This document shows positions 59,235 through 64,000 of a stretch of DNA of 64,000 nt, one piece after another; within the stretch, counting starts at the first letter, position 1, and every line of letters begins with the position of its first letter. Origin of the DNA: Bdellovibrionota bacterium (GTDB lineage: Bacteria > Bdellovibrionota_C > UBA2361 > CALJRW01); NCBI GenBank assembly GCA_041740355.1, contig JBGSMD010000030.1, positions 64,001-128,000 of the forward strand. Direction: 5' to 3'. The position numbers were made by a program, and so were the translations under genes. The notes under the pieces were generated by a model, which made no database searches, was not told where the DNA came from, and saw only the letters and a list, made by a program, of their open reading frames with translations.

Positions 59235-60842
59235 TTAGGAGCTACATGATAGTGAGGCACACCCTGGTTTTGTCCTTGCCCATTCAGGGCGTCGGGCAAA
59301 GAATTTCTTGGTAAATTCATTTTCTTGATACGGTGTTTTAAGGGCCTCCATGATGGAATCAAGCTCTGCGCGATCGCCGACTGCTAATTTCTCTAATGCT
59401 TCTTGAACAATGTAATTTCGTAGAATAAAATAGGGGTTATTATTATTCATTAATTCTATTTTTTTGGATGTTGCTAAGGGATTTTTTGCCTGTATCGCTA
59501 AATAAGACTTAGTCCAATCAACTAATGGCTTAGAAACTTCGGAGAGTAATTCTTGTTGATAAAAAGCAGGTTGAAGTAGGGCTAGGATTTCTTCGTTAGA
59601 AAGTTGAGCATCTTCAGACTTTTCCAAGATTTTGGCTAGTTGTCGATAAAAAATTGTGGGATCAGTTTCCGTTGCTCGAAGGGCAGAATCAAGTTCTGTA
59701 ATTAACACTGTACTATGCTCGGCATTTAAATCATCAAATCCAAGCTTGGCAGACATTGATTTAAGGATCTCTTTTTCAAAAGTTTGCTTGTAAATATCTA
59801 ATCCGGCAATTAGTTCAACTTCTGATTCAATTAGTGGTTCTAGTGCTTCAGCAAGTTTAGTTAAATTCCAAAAGGCTATGTTGGCTTGATTACCAAAGCG
59901 GTAACGGCGAAATTCATTATCGGTGGTGTTGGGAGTCCAGTCCGGATCGTAAACATCTAGCCAACCATAGGGCCCATAATCAATAGTCATTCCCAGAATT
60001 GAAAGATTGTCAGTGTTCATTACCCCATGAACGAATCCAACTCGTAACCACTCTGCCATTAATTTGGCTGTTCGTTCACAGACTAAGGTAAACCAATTGA
60101 GATATTTGTCTGTGGTCAGATTATGAAATTCTGGGTAGTGGTATTCTATTGTATAATCAACTAAACCTTTTAGTAGTTTAAATTCACCTGAAGCTGAAAG
60201 TATTTCATAATGTCCAAATCGTAAAAAACTAGGTGCAATTCTGGTAGTAATTGCTCCAGGTTCTAATTCTGGGTGACCATCATAAAATAAATCTCGCATT
60301 ACTTTTTCCCCTGTTAAGGTGCAACAGAGCGCGCGAGTTGTCGGAACATTTAAGTAAAACATTGCTTCGCTACAAAGAAATTCACGAAGGGAAGACCGAA
60401 GCACTGCACGGCCGTCAGCTCTTCGGGAATATGGGGTTGGCCCGGCACCTTTTAATTGAATTTCCAGTCTTTGATTTTTAGAATTAATTACTTCACCCAA
60501 GGAAATTGCACGACCATCACCCAATTGTCCTGCCCAGTATCCAAATTGATGTCCCCCATAGCGCGTGGAGTAAGGAAGCATTCCGGTAAGCATTTTATTA
60601 CCGGCAAATACTTCTGCCTCCAATCCAATTGGATTAGAAGGAGAATCTAAGTCAAGTAATCTTCCAGTTGATTTCGACCAAATTAATATTTCTGGTTTAC
60701 AGACTGCGGTTGGTGCATTCTGGCAGAAAAGGATTTCTGGAGTAGCTCGAGAAGTAGAATCGTTTGTTAGTTCTCCGGGGAAGTTAGAAATAAAGCTATT
60801 ATCAAAGCTAAGCTTTTCAAGGTTCGACTTACTCATAAACAT
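59235..60842 (-). CDS. selO: protein adenylyltransferase SelO / YdiU
   Basis: YGGHQFG..AGQLGDGR, QLKGAGPTPYSRRADGRAVLRS, GFVHGVMNTDN, IDYGP, C-terminal CASLSCSS. Confidence 0.97.
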   Translation of the reverse strand: MFMSKSNLEKLSFDNSFISNFPGELTNDSTSRATPEILFCQNAPTAVCKPEILIWSKSTGRLLDLDSPSNPIGLEAEVFAGNKMLTGMLPYSTRYGGHQFGYWAGQLGDGRAISLGEVINSKNQRLEIQLKGAGPTPYSRRADGRAVLRSSLREFLCSEAMFYLNVPTTRALCCTLTGEKVMRDLFYDGHPELEPGAITTRIAPSFLRFGHYEILSASGEFKLLKGLVDYTIEYHYPEFHNLTTDKYLNWFTLVCERTAKLMAEWLRVGFVHGVMNTDNLSILGMTIDYGPYGWLDVYDPDWTPNTTDNEFRRYRFGNQANIAFWNLTKLAEALEPLIESEVELIAGLDIYKQTFEKEILKSMSAKLGFDDLNAEHSTVLITELDSALRATETDPTIFYRQLAKILEKSEDAQLSNEEILALLQPAFYQQELLSEVSKPLVDWTKSYLAIQAKNPLATSKKIELMNNNNPYFILRNYIVQEALEKLAVGDRAELDSIMEALKTPYQENEFTKKFFARRPEWARTKPGCASLSCSS

Positions 60843-60882
60843 ATAGTATACTACGTCGCTCTAATTTACTATTAAACATAAA

Positions 60883-61494
60883 ATGTCTGTTTCTGCGGTC
60901 CAAAAGGACCAAGTTGTTATTTCTCCGCTTGTTAATCTTGCCACTACCAATCTGGCATCTTACCAAAGCACTCTTGGTAATCTGGCTCGTGTTCTTAAAA
61001 ATGTTAATTGTACAGTGCTTAGTAAAAGCATTAGTGACTTATTTATTAATCCTAAAAACCAAGAAATTTTAAATGATCCCAAAATTAATACCCTGGCTAG
61101 TAAGTTAGTGCAGGGATTTTTGCATTTGCAGCGGGAATATTTAACGGAAGCTTTAACTTACCTTTCCCTTCACACTTCTAAGTTAAAGCTACAGGGGGAG
61201 GAAACTATTCCTGCAATTTCTGATACTAGCCTTAAGTCGGCGATTCGAGTCCTTGGCGTTCCAAGATTTGAAGATAGATTTAAAAAGCGAATTATTATTA
61301 ATCTTGTTGAAGCACTTTCGGATCCTGCTATTCGTAAAGAAATTAAGTTAAGTGGCGAATCTGATTCAAAGAATCAAGAGAATCTTAGAACTTACCTATT
61401 GGTTGAAGCTACATTGAAATTTCGCGATGAGGTTATAGATCTTGTTACTAGGCAAGATCTTAAACAATTCAATTCAAAAAATTCAATTAACTAA
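60883..61494 (+). CDS. hypothetical helical protein
   Basis: 203-aa ORF, ATG start. Confidence 0.6.
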   Translation: MSVSAVQKDQVVISPLVNLATTNLASYQSTLGNLARVLKNVNCTVLSKSISDLFINPKNQEILNDPKINTLASKLVQGFLHLQREYLTEALTYLSLHTSKLKLQGEETIPAISDTSLKSAIRVLGVPRFEDRFKKRIIINLVEALSDPAIRKEIKLSGESDSKNQENLRTYLLVEATLKFRDEVIDLVTRQDLKQFNSKNSIN

Positions 61495-61528
61495 GTACAT
61501 TTAGGCAGGTACTAAATTTATTTCTAAA

Positions 61529-64000
61529 CTAACTGTCTGTATTTTCTGCTGGTAAAGTTACCTTAGGTTTTTGTTTATACCATCCCCCATTAGTAGTGTA
61601 GGCATCAAAGCCCCACTTAACCCAGTGGATAATTGATGCAGCTAACCAAAGAGCCCAAAGTAGCATTAGGATTCTGTAATACCAAATATCAAAAGCAAGA
61701 AACCAAGGCATTGGAATGGATCCAGTCGTTAAATCCTGATACCAATTAAGACTAAAACTACTGGAATAATTTCCAGCAATCTTCATCACTGGGGATCCAA
61801 GGAGTCCTGTTTTAATTGCTTGGTATAATGCTTGAAATGCCCAGAAAGACCAGAAAGCTAAAAAGATTTGCATTAATGGAAATCTTAAAGTGTGATTAGA
61901 AAGTTTGGTTTTTGCTCGGAGGCCAAGAAAAACAAACCATGTAATTACCATTAGATTGAGGCCGATGTTTACCTGACTTAATCCGATTAATAACAAGCAC
62001 CACTGATAAAATTTAAGTGGCAGATCTTTAAAACGGCTGAGAATAAATGCTAGGAAAATAGCGAGAGGAAAATATCCCCAGAAAAGAACGGCTGGGCCGT
62101 AATTCGTTCCACCAGTTGCAACTACCCAACTTCTTTCTGATAATTGATAATTTAAATTTAAATTTGCGGTCGGGGCATTAAGTTTAATTTCAGGTAATTT
62201 GTAATATTTATTAAGAGCTTTTTTCTCACGCCACTCGATATCAATTGTTTGCGAACCAGGAATTAAATTCAAATCTATTTTACTAGAATCAGCTTTAAAT
62301 GACTGCGCTAGTTGATTAATCTTAACACTGGTAATTTCAATACCAACTGGCAGATCAAGAGGATGAATTTCTCCTTTACTAGACTTAATCAAAAAATTAA
62401 GGGAATATTTTTGTAAATCTTTACCAAGATTTGCTGTTAGGTTCAAAGATTCAATTGTTTTGGTTGTACCAACAATTCCAATTGGCTTCTCAAGTTTTAT
62501 GGCTAAACTTTCACCGGGCCTAGGATGCCATTCGGGAATTTCTTGGTTGAAATAAATCCTTGGTGTTCCGGTGTAATCAAAATGCCAAAGATTGCTAGCA
62601 CTTAAATACCAAATCTCATTCCAAATTTTATTATTAGCAGCTGTCAGCTCAACTTTGTCAGTCGCTTTTAAAATAGATTTAAAAGTTTTTTGGTATTCAT
62701 TAGGCTTAAATTCAGCAATTAAGTCGCCATTTTTTACTTCAACTCCCGGAGTAACTAATGATTCATCCTTTAGGAGGGCATAGCGAATTTCAAAGCTACT
62801 ATTAGCAGGGGAAATCCTTTGAATGGTAGTAGTAATAGTGGCATCATAAGCTAATTCAATTTGCCGACTAATCGTAAATTGTTGTGCAAGTTTTAGTGGT
62901 TTAACAGTGTCTTTTTCGTTACTATCGGGCGCAGATTTTTGTGCAATTGTTTTTTGAATTTTAGTTAAACTAATTACTTGATCAACTTTTCCGGAGTCAC
63001 TAATCCCCGTAACTATCCAATCTTTTACTTGGAATTTTCCATAGCTAGGAATTACAGGGAAGGCCAGATTTATAGTTTCTCGATCTTTTAGTGTCCCTGA
63101 TAGTACTAAATTATTAATTCCCTGTTTAAGGGCAACTAATAATAATTCTCCCGATGTTTTTAGTCGTAGTGCTTCACTAGTATCGTTGATGGTAATCTCT
63201 TCTACCGAAAAATCTGTTCTATTAAAAGGTAGCGTAAAGTAGGAATCGCTTAAGCTATGAACTTCAAAACTCAATTTGAATTTCTGCTCCTCAAGATCAA
63301 TCTCAAACTGAGCAATATTTGCACAATTTGGTAAACATTCGGGAGCTTCTTGTTGATTCTTACTGACATAGTTAGATAGATCCTGAAGAATGCGATCGTT
63401 TGGAAAGATGCCATTAGGGTCTGCTTCTTGAGCCATGACCTCTGTTTGGCTAATGAGTAAACAAAATAAAATTGCCAGGCCTTTTGACATCGGGATCCTG
63501 AAAGGTAAAGAATTAAATAAAAATCTTGCTAGTAAAAGCATGATTAAAATCGCTCTTAAAAAGCTGAGGAAAATATTTTGAGTCGGGGAAATTAAACTAA
63601 ATTCAATTTTTTGATCTTGAATCACAGGAGTTCTCCATCCAAAGCTGTATGAATTGCTCGATTGCCAGTTAGAAACACCCCGACCAGTTTGTACGGCTTG
63701 ATCGATATTGGTTTGATAAAGTTGTTTAGCAACGTTTACCTTACTTTCCTCGCTCTCGTATGTAGCAGATTTTTTCATACGAGAGAGTGAGCCAATCAAA
63801 CCACCAGAGGCAGAAGGCATATCTGCAGACTCCATTATCTGCGAGGCTGGGGCAACAGAATCTGCTCTTCCTTCAAAATTACCATAAGCATAATCAGCTT
63901 CTTGATTAAAATAAACTCCTTTTAGTTGGGGGTGAATGGCGAGCTTGATGTCATTAAAAATTGCCACCAGAACAAAAAGTGCCGTGCCAGCAATGATTGT
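61529..64000 (-). CDS. large membrane protein of unknown function (5' end outside window)
   Basis: Frame is open to base 64000; VQTGRGVSNW, internal TM then CLPNCA, GPAVLFW, C-terminal TM bundle YRILMLLWALWLA. Confidence 0.8.
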   Translation of the reverse strand, partial: TIIAGTALFVLVAIFNDIKLAIHPQLKGVYFNQEADYAYGNFEGRADSVAPASQIMESADMPSASGGLIGSLSRMKKSATYESEESKVNVAKQLYQTNIDQAVQTGRGVSNWQSSNSYSFGWRTPVIQDQKIEFSLISPTQNIFLSFLRAILIMLLLARFLFNSLPFRIPMSKGLAILFCLLISQTEVMAQEADPNGIFPNDRILQDLSNYVSKNQQEAPECLPNCANIAQFEIDLEEQKFKLSFEVHSLSDSYFTLPFNRTDFSVEEITINDTSEALRLKTSGELLLVALKQGINNLVLSGTLKDRETINLAFPVIPSYGKFQVKDWIVTGISDSGKVDQVISLTKIQKTIAQKSAPDSNEKDTVKPLKLAQQFTISRQIELAYDATITTTIQRISPANSSFEIRYALLKDESLVTPGVEVKNGDLIAEFKPNEYQKTFKSILKATDKVELTAANNKIWNEIWYLSASNLWHFDYTGTPRIYFNQEIPEWHPRPGESLAIKLEKPIGIVGTTKTIESLNLTANLGKDLQKYSLNFLIKSSKGEIHPLDLPVGIEITSVKINQLAQSFKADSSKIDLNLIPGSQTIDIEWREKKALNKYYKLPEIKLNAPTANLNLNYQLSERSWVVATGGTNYGPAVLFWGYFPLAIFLAFILSRFKDLPLKFYQWCLLLIGLSQVNIGLNLMVITWFVFLGLRAKTKLSNHTLRFPLMQIFLAFWSFWAFQALYQAIKTGLLGSPVMKIAGNYSSSFSLNWYQDLTTGSIPMPWFLAFDIWYYRILMLLWALWLAASIIHWVKWGFDAYTTNGGWYKQKPKVTLPAENTDS

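Noticed and set aside
59235-59250. Selenocysteine in SelO
   Set aside because: The C-terminus reads Cys-Ser-Ser followed by TAA; there is no in-frame TGA.

Overview
AT-rich bacterial chromosomal window. Gene order and protein types suggest a Deltaproteobacteria/Bdellovibrionota-like organism (inference only). Most of it is housekeeping: recD2, hemD, serS, nadD, hemE, coaBC, nfeD-slipin, queA-tgt, yajC-secD-secF, nadE, fadJ, lexA-recA, a Kef-type antiporter and selO. It also holds secreted multidomain proteins, two GT-C glycosyltransferases, tRNA-Arg(CCT), and a sulfatase locus whose formylglycine-generating enzyme gene is broken. No CRISPR array, prophage, integrase or transposase gene was seen. 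The most unusual signal is intergenic, a hierarchy of miniature elements inserted into one another. (i) A 30-nt hairpin element lands in hairpins, including its own copies, with no target duplication. (ii) A ~225-nt element folds into a four-way junction with a GC dinucleotide at all four branch points and sits between recA and a divergent RuvC-like gene. (iii) Correia-like TATAG...CTATA palindromes, a 214-bp IS982-like MITE with a TATAA duplication, and ~150-bp inverted repeats bracketing three envelope genes. Also noted: a candidate LexA box and three apparent pseudo-enzymes (UDG-like, signal-peptidase-like, zincin-like).
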